A stretch of 64,000 bases of DNA from Phoronis australis (Eukaryota > Animalia > Phoronida). The stretch covers positions 180,212-244,211 of the forward strand of contig NMRA01000586.1 in NCBI GenBank assembly GCA_002633005.1. The letters run 5' to 3'. This document shows positions 36,801-50,300 of the stretch, one piece after another. The notes below the pieces were generated by a model. The model saw only the letters and a program-made list of their open reading frames with translations. It was not told where the DNA came from and searched no databases. Position 1 is the stretch's first letter; each line of letters begins with the position of its first letter. The position numbers and the translations under genes were made by a program.

Positions 36801-39800
36801 ATACATTTTCCTGACAAAACTCTTGGAGTGTCACTCAAATTTCACAATGCATTGAACTCAGCCGCTCATGTATTTCAAGGATGCCCGTGCAATGTAATGA
36901 AAGTATTCAGCAATTTACGCCAAACGAACATCATGGCTGCTAAACTACTCAAGACTCTCATGTGCATTAAACACAGTCTCCTTGTTGCCCACATGTTCCT
37001 TTGTTTTCTATCGGCGCCCTCTTTCTGCAGTAATGGTGCCAAGGCCAACAGTAATTGTGCACTGGTCCAGTGGTCAGAGGTGGCCAGTCACCCGGGTCTA
37101 TTCTTCTGCATGTCTCAGGCCACTAACAACCCTGTGGTGTTGATGGTCAAGCCTGACAGTGTCCAGGTCCAAGAGGTCAAGGTCATGCCAGCCAAGGCGC
37201 GTATACAGGACATGGTGGCCATCAGGCATGCAGGAGCCAACTCAGATCAGGTGAGTTGGGGAAGGGGAGGGAATGTAGTGGTTTAGGGATTACAAGCATG
37301 AGAGCTGGATTGGAAAATGTGCGTTAAAACTTAATTTAGGTTAAAGCTTATTACGTAGAATTTGTAATAAAAATTTTAAATTAAAGAAGTTTGTTAAGTG
37401 CGTTTTGTGACTTATATTTCATGAATATACCTGGAGTATGGGCAGGGTGGTGCTTGTGGGACTAGAAGCCAATGAATGATTTTGGCGAATGAAAATAGGG
37501 TGATCCCAGGTAATGTTAACTTTGGTTTTCACCCTGTGGACTGTTTGAGGCGGGTGCCTCACTGAGTGTCATTTGTGTCGTTGACAGTTTATCGCAGTCT
37601 TTTTCCAAATTGAATATAACTACATTGACATGAAATTCACCTTGTCACTAGATGGCAGTAGTGTAGTTGATGGAAAGTCTTCTGTATTCTGTTATAATGG
37701 ATTTAATGTGGGACATTTCTTGAGCTTTTTTATTATGTCTTTATGACCTTCATTTTGTCAAGTTGCCACTCAAAAAGTCCGTGAATAAAAGAAATGTCAG
37801 TGGCATTTCAGTCCTGTCAACTCATCCGGACTTGCACACTGAAATTATAGGAAATTGGACGAAAGGAATGATGTTTTGTGCTCTCACAATGTTAAAGAGT
37901 TGTGTGAAGAGTATTTCCTATTAAACTGTGTCTGCCTCGTTAAACGTGACGTTAGCCAGAGTTTGTCTCTCGCCTGTCAGCGTACTACCATGATCCTGCT
38001 ATGTGAAGATGGAAGTCTGCGTATATACATGGCCAATATTGACACTACCAACTACTGGCTGTCCCCCTCACTACAGCCACACAGCGCCATCTCTGTATTG
38101 AAACCTGCCAAGAAGAAGAAGACCACAAAGACAGGTACGGGTCACGGCAGAGTTGCCGTTTTCGGGGGTGGATACAGGCTTTTGTCGGGGGGTTATTGAA
38201 GGTACTTCGTGTTGCATGTATGCGAGTGGTGCATTCTTCTTAGATTATGGTCTTCAGGGAATCAATCATGGGTGCATTTGCCTGATACTCGATAAATAAA
38301 ACACACACTTGTTAGGCTTTTGAACTAAAATAAAACTAAAAAATGGGTTCTTGGTTTGTTTTTAGTAAGTGAGTGAGTAGTATGTATTAGTTAATTTTCA
38401 TTTCATCTCCAAACGCCTCTGGCACACAAGACGTACGATGATAATATTTTACAAACTAGGTATGTCCACAGATACTTACAAACTCATCATTTTATTTCTT
38501 GTACTACATATGCTTGAAAGTAAAGTTTGCCAGGGTTTCCAAGCAATGTTCCGTGTTAAACAATATCATTGCTGATAATAGTTTGCTTTTATTATGATGA
38601 AGCTAAAGCCGTAAGTGCAATATAACAAAGTCGTAGATATTGGTGAGTTTGAACAGGTGATCACCACTATCAAATTCTAGTGGTAAACCAATTCAAGTGG
38701 TATTCACTTGTGTTGAACTTATTTTTGATATTTCTCATCATCCTCTTAGTCTCTATCTTAATGCACATTGTATTTACTCAAGGTCGTCCCGTGAGTCACG
38801 TGACTTTCCCCGTCGACTTCTTCGAAAACTGCCAGGCAACGTCGGACATCGAGTTTGGCGGAAACGATGTATTACAGATATACAACGTTAACCAGGTCAA
38901 GAATCGTCTGAATTCTGAAGGAATGTATGTAGCGAGTACCAAGGTGAGAGGAGGCTGAAGGAAACTTATAGTGATTGGTCAGTTATGGCTAGTTGCTGTT
39001 CTGGTGCCATGGTAACAAAAATTCTTTTACATCTCATTAGAGGAGTCTTTGAAAAACAAGCTTGTGATATTTGAAAAGAATACTTCGCTTTGAGGATGGC
39101 TTTTTAGATTTGGAGCACTGATCTTTGATGGGGAAAATGGTGGTTTTTGTGGATGAAAGCAATTGTCTTGTGGGAGGGTTTTTTTAAATTTTAATCACGT
39201 TTAATTCACTTTATCACCAGATATTTAGTGAGAACATAACTCCTAGTGTTCCACAAAGAATTGTCTTTATAATCCTATCTTTCAGCCAACTGGCTTCACA
39301 CTGGAAATCAACAATACTAACACTAGCAATGTCATGGTCGGTCTACGCGTCCAGCTGGGTGGCCAGTCCCTAGAGAGGGCGCCTACCTACCTGGAGATCT
39401 TTGGACGTCACGTACCCATCGTGGGTCTATCCAAGGGACGTTGGTATGACGTGCCACTGACAAGAGATGAGTCACTCAGCGCTGACAGGAAGTTGCCGCT
39501 GTTTAGTGAGTGTGCTAGCAGTAGTCCTTAAAAATACTTCACGAAATTGTCCTCATCTTAAGTCAGCTAAATTAGATGCAAAGTTTGCGATAAGACTCTT
39601 TTTATGTGCGTTTCACATTGGCGTTGTTCAAGCTACGTACTGTATGTTGCTATTTAAGATAAGTTGTCGAGCTTATTGCATTTCAATATTAATTAAAGAT
39701 CCAATTCTATTTTTGTTAAAAATTTTCCACACTCTGATGCTAATTATATGTTTGTCTCTATTCTTTTCTCTCGTAATCTTAATATATAATTAATCTATTT

Positions 39801-41293
39801 TCAGTCGGTCCCAGCTCTGACCCAGCCAGTGCCACTATGATTGACTCCGTCAAGGTGTACATCAAATCGAAGGAAGCATTTGGCTGGCCAGAGGACACCG
39901 AGGAATACCAGTCCACGGCCAACACTAGCAGCAGTAAGCTCCCCGCCGTGCCTGGCTTGGGGTCACAGGTCAGCGACCCTGACCCCAACGCTGTCATCCC
40001 GGTGCCACTGACGATTGTTGATAGGTTGTTGGCCACGTCCATGGAGGTTCTTGACGGTTGTTTCGCTATGATCAGCGAAGACGAACGCGACGATCATCGT
40101 CAAGCAACGCTTGACCTCACCACGACCTTGCTGACTCTGCCAACCCCATTGCCAGTCCATCAACAGACGAAGCTGCTGATGTCGTCACTGTTCCCGAATA
40201 AAATGGCGTACCACAACCACAAGGTTTGTTTTGTCTTTTGTGAGTTGTTCGTAAGGTGTTCTGTTACCTGCCCTTCATTAGGTGCTTGGTGAGTTAGATA
40301 TTTGTTCTCTACAGATTGCCATGGATAATTAAACATAATAATTTTAAATTAATTTTGGGAAAATCATAACATTTTATTCAACCTCTATTGGTAGGAAATA
40401 GACACGCGTGTCTGCTGAAAAGTTGCGATTATATGGTTGTCATGTTTCTCTTATCAGGATCAAACACAGCTGGCACAAGTTGTCCAGTGCTTATCAGACA
40501 GTCGTGAAGGTGTTGACCTTGACCCAGAGGCATTCCAGCGCCTCATTGTGACGGCCCGCTCACTGGCAGTCACTCGACCGACCAATCTTGTCCGTTACAC
40601 AGACAGGGAGAGCACCCTGGTGGATACTTTGACTGGTAGGAGCCGGGTCTTTGCAGTTTGTCGACTTCAAAAATGTCTGAATTACTTTTCCAAAAATTGT
40701 TCATTTTGGATATTAAGAAGCATTGTATTTAGGTGCAAATCTATTTCCAGATGTGAAGTTGACAGACCTTGAAGCCACAGATGAGACCGCATCCGAGGAG
40801 ACGACCCACTTTGTGACTCAGCTCATGTCTGTCTTCTGGCGACTGTTGGGGTCGCGACCTTCGAATCCAGCTTACGCACCTGTGTGTTTGCCAGGTAAAT
40901 AATTTCTCCTGGTACAAATATTCGTTGTTGAATGTCAAGATTTCATTTCTTGAACATGTTCTAGTCAAAATATTAGTGAGCTGAAAGTCAGTCTTGTGTT
41001 GTAACGATTTCTTGTTTAACAACAAGTTAAACAGCTGCTATTTGGAAAACCCAACAGAGGGCGTGTTCACAGCTCATCACTTGCTAAGCTGGTGTTTACA
41101 TGAGCTTGGGTGTTTGCTTCAATTATGTTTTTGACCAAACTTGTTTTTGCATTTGTTCATGATAATTGCGGAAGGCAACGTGATTTATGATTGGTCATCT
41201 GTAGTTGTGTTGATGGTGGTATTCACAAACTGGTTGTTCATTACATACTGGCATAAATTATACTAATTACACACGCACACACACACACACACA

Positions 41294-41340
<47 letters not shown>

Positions 41341-44300
41341 TTTTAATATCAATACTCAAGGTGCAGTTCTGTGACTTGCACTTGATACAAACACTGGCAG
41401 GTCTTCACCATGTCCTCACTGTCATCTCGTTGCATCTAGCGTCAAAGTTCATGTTCATCCTTCCAGGGTTGACCCATGTTGAGGCGACTGTGGGAGCGTT
41501 GGTGGAGATCATCCACGCTTTCACCACCTGTGACCTAGATATGGTCGCCGTGGCAACAAAACTTTATGTGCGACTGTTACTATGTGAGGTAAGATTTCTT
41601 GCGCGCGGAAGTAATATATTGTGAATGAGTTTGTTAACTAGTGTGTAACTTTGATATCACTTGACTTGTTTGAATTTGGTGCATAGTCTGTTCATAGATC
41701 TCAAGGTGGACGTGTTCATAAAATGTCAAATGTCCTTAGTGTTAAGATAGTGAGATTTGACAAGTTTTACAGGTTTTGTTAATTGCCGTTCCAGGTATTT
41801 CTCTATGCATTGATCTGATCACGAGGTCTCAGTGTTTGATTATGTGTCTGTGAAGTTTTAAAGCGCAGGCTTTACGCTTTGCTCATAGTCAGGGATATGG
41901 TGTGAGAGGGTTGCGCTTGGAAGTTTGTGGCTGAACTTTAGAGTTCTTACTTGGTGCTGTGAATCTAATGTTCTAGTGCAGTACGCCTGCATGACTGTTG
42001 AATGTTTACTGGGCACTGTAACTTTTCGTTTTGTTGTAGGACCTCCATTTGATCAGTGTTTACTAGGCACTCTGTTGCAGGACGCCAGCGTGACATTTGA
42101 ATGTTTACTAGGCACCTAAACTCTCCTTCACTCTGTTGCAGGACGCTACTGTTGCCTTCGCGTGCAAGCAGGCCATGATCCGTGTACTCAGACCCAAAAC
42201 CAGGCGTCGTAAGGTGTTCATACCATCTCCTCCGAGGTGCAGTACCCCAGGTAGGCTCTAGGTCTGTTCGCATCTTGTATTCTCCTACAGAAGAACGATA
42301 TTGTCTTCGTTGTGGTAGATTGGCAGAATTTCAGACAGTGTTGTAGCCAGCAATTTTCCATTGATTTGGCACATAAAAGCTTAACTGCTTCGCTCTGAAC
42401 AATTTCAGCTTCACCAAATATAACTTTTAATAATAGACTAAAATTTTCTTAATCTAGTATCAAATAAAATTCCAGCAGTCTGCCTCTCTGTGTGCTAGAT
42501 ACGGGAAGAATTAATTAATTTTTGTTATCCATTTGATGAAGTATTTACATAGTCGGTTTTGTAATTTTGTGCATCGTTGCCGTTACAACCTTTTATAGTT
42601 AACAAGCTAATTTCGAATATTTTTTTTCGACAATTCGTAATTGTGGCCCTGTTGTGACACATTTGTCTAATGGCTACTTGAGAAGATAAGAAGTATACTA
42701 TAGTCGGTATAGTACACTGTGAAGCAATTAATGCAGAAATCTTAATTTAGAAGATCTTTGAAAAATTTCTTTCATTAGGTCATTCACTAGGTTGTACTGT
42801 CATGGTGAGTTGGGTGGGTTGGTCCATTAGGTGGTGGGTTAGTGTTTAGTTTGTTTGGCTCCTGTCTCCGTTGTTCTTTTTGAATCCCTTCATGAACTTC
42901 ACTCTGCACAGGACGAAAGGAAGATGAGAAGACAGATACTGCCACAGCCCCCCAGGTGGAGCCACTTGAGGGCCAACCCCCTCCACCAGAAATGGACGAC
43001 TTTGAAATATATGTAAGTTGTAACCGCAAACAAATATGTTTTGTATTTTTGTCAGAGAGTTTTAACTATTATTAAGTGCTTTTCTGAGGATATTTAGTTT
43101 TCATGTAGAAGATTGTTGCCTGTGAGTGAGTGAATCAGTAATTTAGAGTTTTAGTTGACATAGAACTCCATCGTACAGTATCAAGTAAGGTTTTAGTTGG
43201 CATACAACTTTATCATACAATATCCAGTAAGGTTTTAGTTGGCATACAACTTTATCATACAATATCCAGTAAGGTTTTAGTTGGCATACAACTTTATCAT
43301 ACAATATCCAGTAAGGTTTTAGTTGACATACAATTCCATAATACAATATCCAGCATAGGTGGATTTGGGGGGAGGGGCTCAGGAGGCCTGCCCCCCCCCC
43401 TTGGCTGCCGCAAGCAACATGAAACAGCAACAGTGTGAGGAAGTATTGAGTTCAGATACTAGGACCGGTAGCGGACGAGGGGAGGGCTCAAACTTCGTGG
43501 CGGAATTGTGTTCCCGTTTTTTTGTTTNTCATGTAGAAGATTATTGCCTGTGAGTGAGTGAATCAGTAATTTAGAGTTTTAGTTGACATAGAACTCCATC
43601 ATACAGTATCAAGTAAGGTTTTAGTTGGCATACAACTTTATCATACAATATCCAGTAAGGTTTTAGTTGGCATACAACTTTATCATACAATATCCAGTAA
43701 GGTTTTAGTTGGCATACAACTTTATCATACAATATCCAGTAAGGTTTTAGTTGACATACAATTCCATAATACAATATCCAGCATAGGTGGATTTGGGGGG
43801 AGGGGCTCAGGAGGCCTGCCCCCCCCTTGGGTGCCGCAAGCAACATGAAACAGCAACAGTGTGAGGAAGTATTGAGTTCAGATACTAGGACCGGTAGCGG
43901 ACGAGGGGAGGGCTCAAACTTCTTGGCGGAATTGTGTTCCCGTTTTTTTGTTTTTTTATAGTCCACAGATAGATTTTCCAGACGGAAGGTCCACGTGCCC
44001 GGCCCCGCAACTTTCGGGCTGCCTGTGCACGTACACTCGAACTTTGACCAACTCCCCGAGGCAACATGTTGGGCCCCCCTTATGGTAGCCTAGATCCGCC
44101 ACTGTCCAGTAAGGCTTTAGTCGACATACAACTCCATAGTACGGTATCCAATAAGGTTTTAGTTGACATGCAAACCCATAATACATTGTCCAATAAGGTT
44201 TTAGTTGACATGCAACTCCTATCTAATAAGGTTTTAGTTGACATACTACTCCATAATACAGTATCTCCTTTGATGGTTCAGTACATGACAGAAGCAGTTG

Positions 44301-47300
44301 GTCACAAAACTGTTTCCCCTCATGACATTTAAAACAGTGAAACTAATGGGAAATAGACTATTGTGTGAGAAAATTTTTGGTCACAAAATGGCTTAACCAT
44401 CTACCCCTCATTCTCAGTTACAAGGGAAGGCTGCACTGATGATAAATTTGACTTTTACCGACATCGTGATGAAGAATACTGGGTCATTTTGTCTGAGTAC
44501 TCTTGGCTTGTACTGTAAAGGGCCATCTTTAATTCAGGTACAACCATTAGTTATTGTCAGTTATGATGTGTTATTTGTGAAGGCTGCATTAATATCACTA
44601 GTCACGATACTGTCTTCACATAACATTACATTATCATTCCACAGGAGGAGTCTCAGTTACTAGAACCATCCAGTCTCAGTCCTCTAGAGGCGCTCCTCAC
44701 TCACGGAGGCCCCTTCCCTCCCATGCTGGACATTCCGCCGGACGCTGATGATGACACTATGGTTGACTTGGCCATCGCCATGAGCTTACAGGAGCAGGCA
44801 GGAAACAGCTCCGGGCTGGCTGGTCTGCAGGCGCTCTCATTGGCTGGTCAGCACATGCAGGAACATGGGGTGAGTCAAAGGATGTGTTAGAGGCTTGTAC
44901 TACACTTCCTGTTTGGTTGCTATTAATTCATACCAGGCTTATTATAACTGATATCAGTCTTTTGATAACTGATATCCGTCTGTTGATAACTGATACCAGT
45001 CTGTTGATAACTGATACCAGTCTGTTGATTACTGATACCAGTCTGATGTCATTCATAGCATCCTTCATGGAAAATTTCATTTGATCATTGATGACATGTC
45101 TTGATTTTATTCAACGGTTAGTACGAGTTCTTGTCAACCATTTATATCATATATCATATATCGTATATCATACCATTTATATCACATACCATTCCTACCA
45201 ATTCGCATGGTTCATATGATCGACCCACAACTGCAGCACTGTACAATGCTGTATTAACAGTTCACTCAGTTCTTATTTCGTGAACATTGATCATCACAAA
45301 AACCTTGAGATTCTCTGAGTTACTTTTTCTGTTGGTATTACTGGGCAGACATGATACTATTAAGCCACTCACTCAAACACTTCCAATCACTTCTGTCCTT
45401 CAGCATATCTTGTGTCATTAATAAGGCATCCATTTTGATGTAGTTGCTTTTTCTATAATGCAAACCCGTGGTCATCTTCAATAATGTTGCTTTCACTCAA
45501 TAGTAATGAACGCGCATTGTGGGGCCGTTAACATCACTTTTCCATTGTTACCAAGGAAACTACAGTCGGTTATATTATTGAACTTGTTTAATCTAAGATA
45601 GCCAGGGATTCAAATTATTCATCAAGTTGTGGCATCATCCCTCAAAAAATTGCATGTATTAACCCAAAAATTTTGCTCCAAATTTCACTGATATTTAATG
45701 AAATGAAAATTTACACTACTGTAACGCTATAGTAACTGTGACTCCAAAAATGTTTTTCTTTGCTTTCCGCTTGCAGAACCCTAACCCTAACTCTTTAGAT
45801 GTGATTTATGTGTTACTTGTCTTAGGGAGAGGGGTCGTCAGTTAACGACGGTCAGTACTCAGACACAACAGCGTCTGCACCAGGCTCTGATGACGAGGCT
45901 GTTAGTACGGCGGCAACAGATGGCTCCACTCTACGCACATCACCCGCAGATCACGCAGGCAGCGGTGGCTCAGAGAGTGACCACGGTAGTGCGGTGGACT
46001 CTATCTCTGGAGAGCAGAATGGTACGTGTTGTTATGTCTTACAGTTGTTGTGCCATAAAGTGTTTGGCGCTTCCTTTTGGACAAGAATTGCCCAGTCTGA
46101 TTGCAGGTTGTAAGTTTGCTGTCTGGTATCAAACCTTCGTATTTATTTTTGCGTTGAATGTTTTGGAAAATTTGTCTGTTTTCTCTTCACAAGATATATG
46201 TCTGTATGAGTCTTCAATGTTTTTTTATGTCCTGCAGTCACAGACAACGAGTTTAAGTTTAACTATATCCACATGGGTCTATAGTACTGTGCTGTCTAAA
46301 AAGCATTTCTATTTTGTCAACGTCAACCAGCTTGACATCTGGTTGTTTGGAAGTTAATTAAAAATTTGTCAATTTTTTTATTTGTTCACGTAGCGAGTGG
46401 CCGCAGCAGTGCTTATGGTGACCCCATACAGGAGGCGCAGACAACAGGTGCCCGTAGCGAGACTAGTAGTGTCGGTGCACCCAGCACATCTTTGCAGTAT
46501 GAGAGAGACACCTATGAACCTGACGTCGACTCCACCTACAGGCTGCACATGCTGCGTATGACTCTACTGGAGCGACTGATGGAATACATACCACAGCTGA
46601 AGGAAGTGGGAGGAGTCAGGGCTATTCCTTTCATGCAGGTGGGTGGGCTGTGCAAGTGTCAATCATAGTGGATTGTCAGCATCAATCACCAATCAGATTG
46701 TTTGTTGCTATCTTGTGACATATCTTAGAATGCAGAATAGATTAGTGTCAAGTAGCACCGATGATAGGAATTCTGTTGTGCCAAAATGCTGCAAAAATAC
46801 ACAATCCTTTTTTTGGAAAATGAATATTATATTCACTGTTGTGGAAACACAATGTTGCGTTTTACACTTTGGTTTCTCGACCACCAGGTGGTGCTGATGC
46901 TGACTTCGGACCTGGACAGCGACGAAGACCGGGACCGTGCTGTGCTTGATGGTCTACTGTCTGTCCTGTTGGGACAACTGGACATTGGTCAACGAGAGCA
47001 GGCCAAAATAGCTGAGCGTAGTAATGTGCAGGAAGTACGTCTGATTGTCATGCGTCTGCTGAGCGTGTTCATGTCACGCACGCGAGCGGGGGCGAAGCCG
47101 TCAGGGGAGTCGTTCTCCTTCCTTAGTACTAGTACAGCCACAGCGCTGCTATCAACAGGAGCCATTGACTTCTGCCTGCAGGCTCTGAAGCTTCTGCTTG
47201 ATTACTGGAAACAGCTACCTGTTGAGGAGGAGGGAGCCACGTTGCCCGGGCAACTGCTGAAGCCACACCCCACTACATCTCCTCCCGACATGAGCCCGTT

Positions 47301-50300
47301 CTTCCTGCGGCAGTACGTCAAGTTTCACGCCAGTGACGTCTTTGAGTCGTACCCACAGCTGCTAACTGAGATGATCTTGAGACTGCCGTACCAGATGAAG
47401 AAGATCTCCGACGTCACCGCCGGTGTCGCTGCGCCAACCTTTGAACAGGCGTGGTTCTACTTCCTGTCAGAGTATATGATGACGCAGCAGACGCCGTTTG
47501 TCAAACGACAAGTGAGGAAACTTCTGCTCTTCATCTGTGGCTCCAAAGAGAAGTATCGTTTGCTTCGAGATCTTCACGCCCTTGAGTCACACATCAAGGA
47601 GGTCAAGGTCATTTGTGGCAAGTATGGGTTCGATGAGCTTCGCACAGCCCCCGTCAATGTCCCGTACAACGTGTTGATCACACTCATAGAACACCTGAAG
47701 TCGTGCGGAGAGGTCGCGACCTCGCGCACTGGCAACTGGCAGAAGTTGTGCCATAAGAACGACAACATCCTGTCATTCTTGATCCAAGCCAGCATCCTGT
47801 TGGACGAGGGTGTGGCACCGGTGCTGCTTCAGCTGCTGCAGTGCGCCCTCTGTGGAGCAAAGGTTATAGCTGGACAGGCGGGGCACTCATCGTCACCAGC
47901 AAAAACGAAGAAAGACCGAGAGAAGGAGAAGGACAGCCAAGGTGAGATTAATAAAAAAAAGTTGGCAAAAGGTTACCTTGGAAACGTATTCAGGACAGGC
48001 ATCAGTTTGTATTTCACTTGCTTCTTTGTAATAACATAATACAACCAGCTTAAAGTTGTATTTCATTTTCAACACTTAAATTCTGGTTTAAAGTTTCCAA
48101 CAATTTCTGGACTTTATAATTCAAGTTATGAGTTGCTCCATCTGTTGACAATCACAAGCTATGTCTGTATGCTTCAGGTGAAGACAGCCAATCACACGAC
48201 GAGGGCCTCAGTATCATCTTGGTTCAACAGGTCAACAAGCTGGTGGAACGCGACCTCTTGGTTCGCTTCTTGCGTGCCTTTCTACTGGAGTCCAACTCGA
48301 CCGCGGTCCGCTGGCAGGCTCATGCACTTGTGTTGCACATTTATAGGTGTGACTCTTTTCAAATTTCTGGCAGGAGCTCAGCTGATGGTTTGACTCCTAT
48401 GAATTTCAGAAAACCAGCATTGTTTTGATTTGGCAATAGAATTAGTCTGTCCTAAACTGCATCAAATGCTAATAGAATTCAGCATTTCTGAAGTGTATCG
48501 TTTATGAATCAATGCAATTCAGCAGTCCTAAAGTGTATCATTTGTGAATAGAATTCAACAATCCAAAGCTACCATTGTCAGCTAGTGCTGCAGAGTAAAT
48601 TGGGTGACTTATTGTCATAGATGCTTTTTAATGGGATAATTTTTATTGCATGAAACAAACACGCGTTGAATAGCAGTGAACAAATTGAGAAGTTGCAGGG
48701 CGTTATGTGTGGATGAAATATTGTCATGGATGTTTCTCACATGGCTCGCATTTTGTTTCTGTGATTTACTTTGTGTGGCCTTAAAGTTACATTAGATGGT
48801 TTTTGTGAAAAATCTGTTTCGCATTTAAGGCAATCATTCTGGTCTAGTCTAGGATGTTGGTGAACCCCATATTGACAAACTGCCTTCTGTACTTAATCCT
48901 TTCCAATGATAACAATTAGAGTAATCTTTTCTTTTACAGCTCCACCTTGTGAATACCTTTTTTGTTTGTGATCATTTTTGGCTTTTGATTGTAGAAACTC
49001 TTCACAGTCCCAACAGGAGGTGCTGCTTGATCTGATGTGGAATATCTGGCCAGAATTGCCGAGCTATGGTCGAAAGGCGGCGCAGTTTGTCGACCTGCTC
49101 GGTTACTTTGCCCTCAAGACGTCACAGACATCGGACTCCAAGGTCAGCTTTGTTCTTTTTGACAATTTTGTTTGTAACCATTATGAGATGAAAATTAATG
49201 CGAAAGAGAAACTGTCAAGGTGTTTAATAGTTTTTAACTTTATTTGTCTGTGGCCAGTTTGACTGTCCGTCACAATGCTGCTTACTCATTTGCAGTTAAT
49301 ACTTTCCATCACATTTCTTGCTCTTCGCCATAATTGTTTTCACCGATGTCCATGTATGCTTTTCAGAAGAGCTCTTGCTACTTTTTGTTTCTTGCCACGA
49401 TCGCACGTCTCGCTGTCCATCATAGTTGTTGCTCTTGTTCCTTACAGGTCTCCGACTACACCCAGAGAGCAGTGGACATGCTGAAGTGTCAGAACGAGAT
49501 ACTTTCCAACCACCAGAATTACAACATCTATAAGTAAGTCGATGTTAATTCAATCTCAGTTTGTACATTGCCCAGTCCTGTGGGCACATTACCCAGTCCT
49601 TTGGACACATTGCCTAGTCCTGTGGACACATTGCCTAGTCCTGTGGACACATTGCCTAGTCCTTTGGGTACCTTTTCCACCTGATTTGAGCTGTGTAAGA
49701 GATAACAGCGCTCACAACATACAGTGGTATGATCTGCTAACCTTTACTTCCAGCCAACTACAGGGTCTGGTCGAGTTTGATGGTTACTACCTGGAGAGTG
49801 ATCCCTGTCTGGTCTGTAACAACCCGGAGGTGCCACTCACGGTAAGTCCACTGTCACTGTTCTAAAGATGTGGTACAATCTAAGCGTTGCCTTCGTGGTG
49901 AGGTCAATTTTAATTAGCTAATAGGCTTCTGTCGAGGAGACGAGAGCGACTTTCCATTTTCAGAAGATTTGGACATATTCTATATCACCTAGTAACCATT
50001 TTAAACGTTAGTTGTGCTTTTTGGCATCTGCCTCTATCCACCAACCTGTTTGAAAGATCACATGAAATTTGGCAGATGTGTTCCTGATGAGAATCCAGCT
50101 GCTGACATAGATTTTTCTGGCATTTGACTACTGTAGTGCCCCCCAGTGGCAACTCTGATTTTTGCTTCCACGGTGTTACGGGGAGATTTTATGTAGGATG
50201 AACATGTCATTTATTTATCATTAAAGTATGATACAAACACATTAGAACTTGGGTTGACTATGTACATGAGAATAATATTACGTGAGAAGTATAAGTATTA

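Noticed and set aside
43101-43955. Apparent recent 427-bp tandem duplication as a biological event
   Set aside because: The copies meet at a single N and the first truncates the transposon; typical of an unmerged contig overlap.
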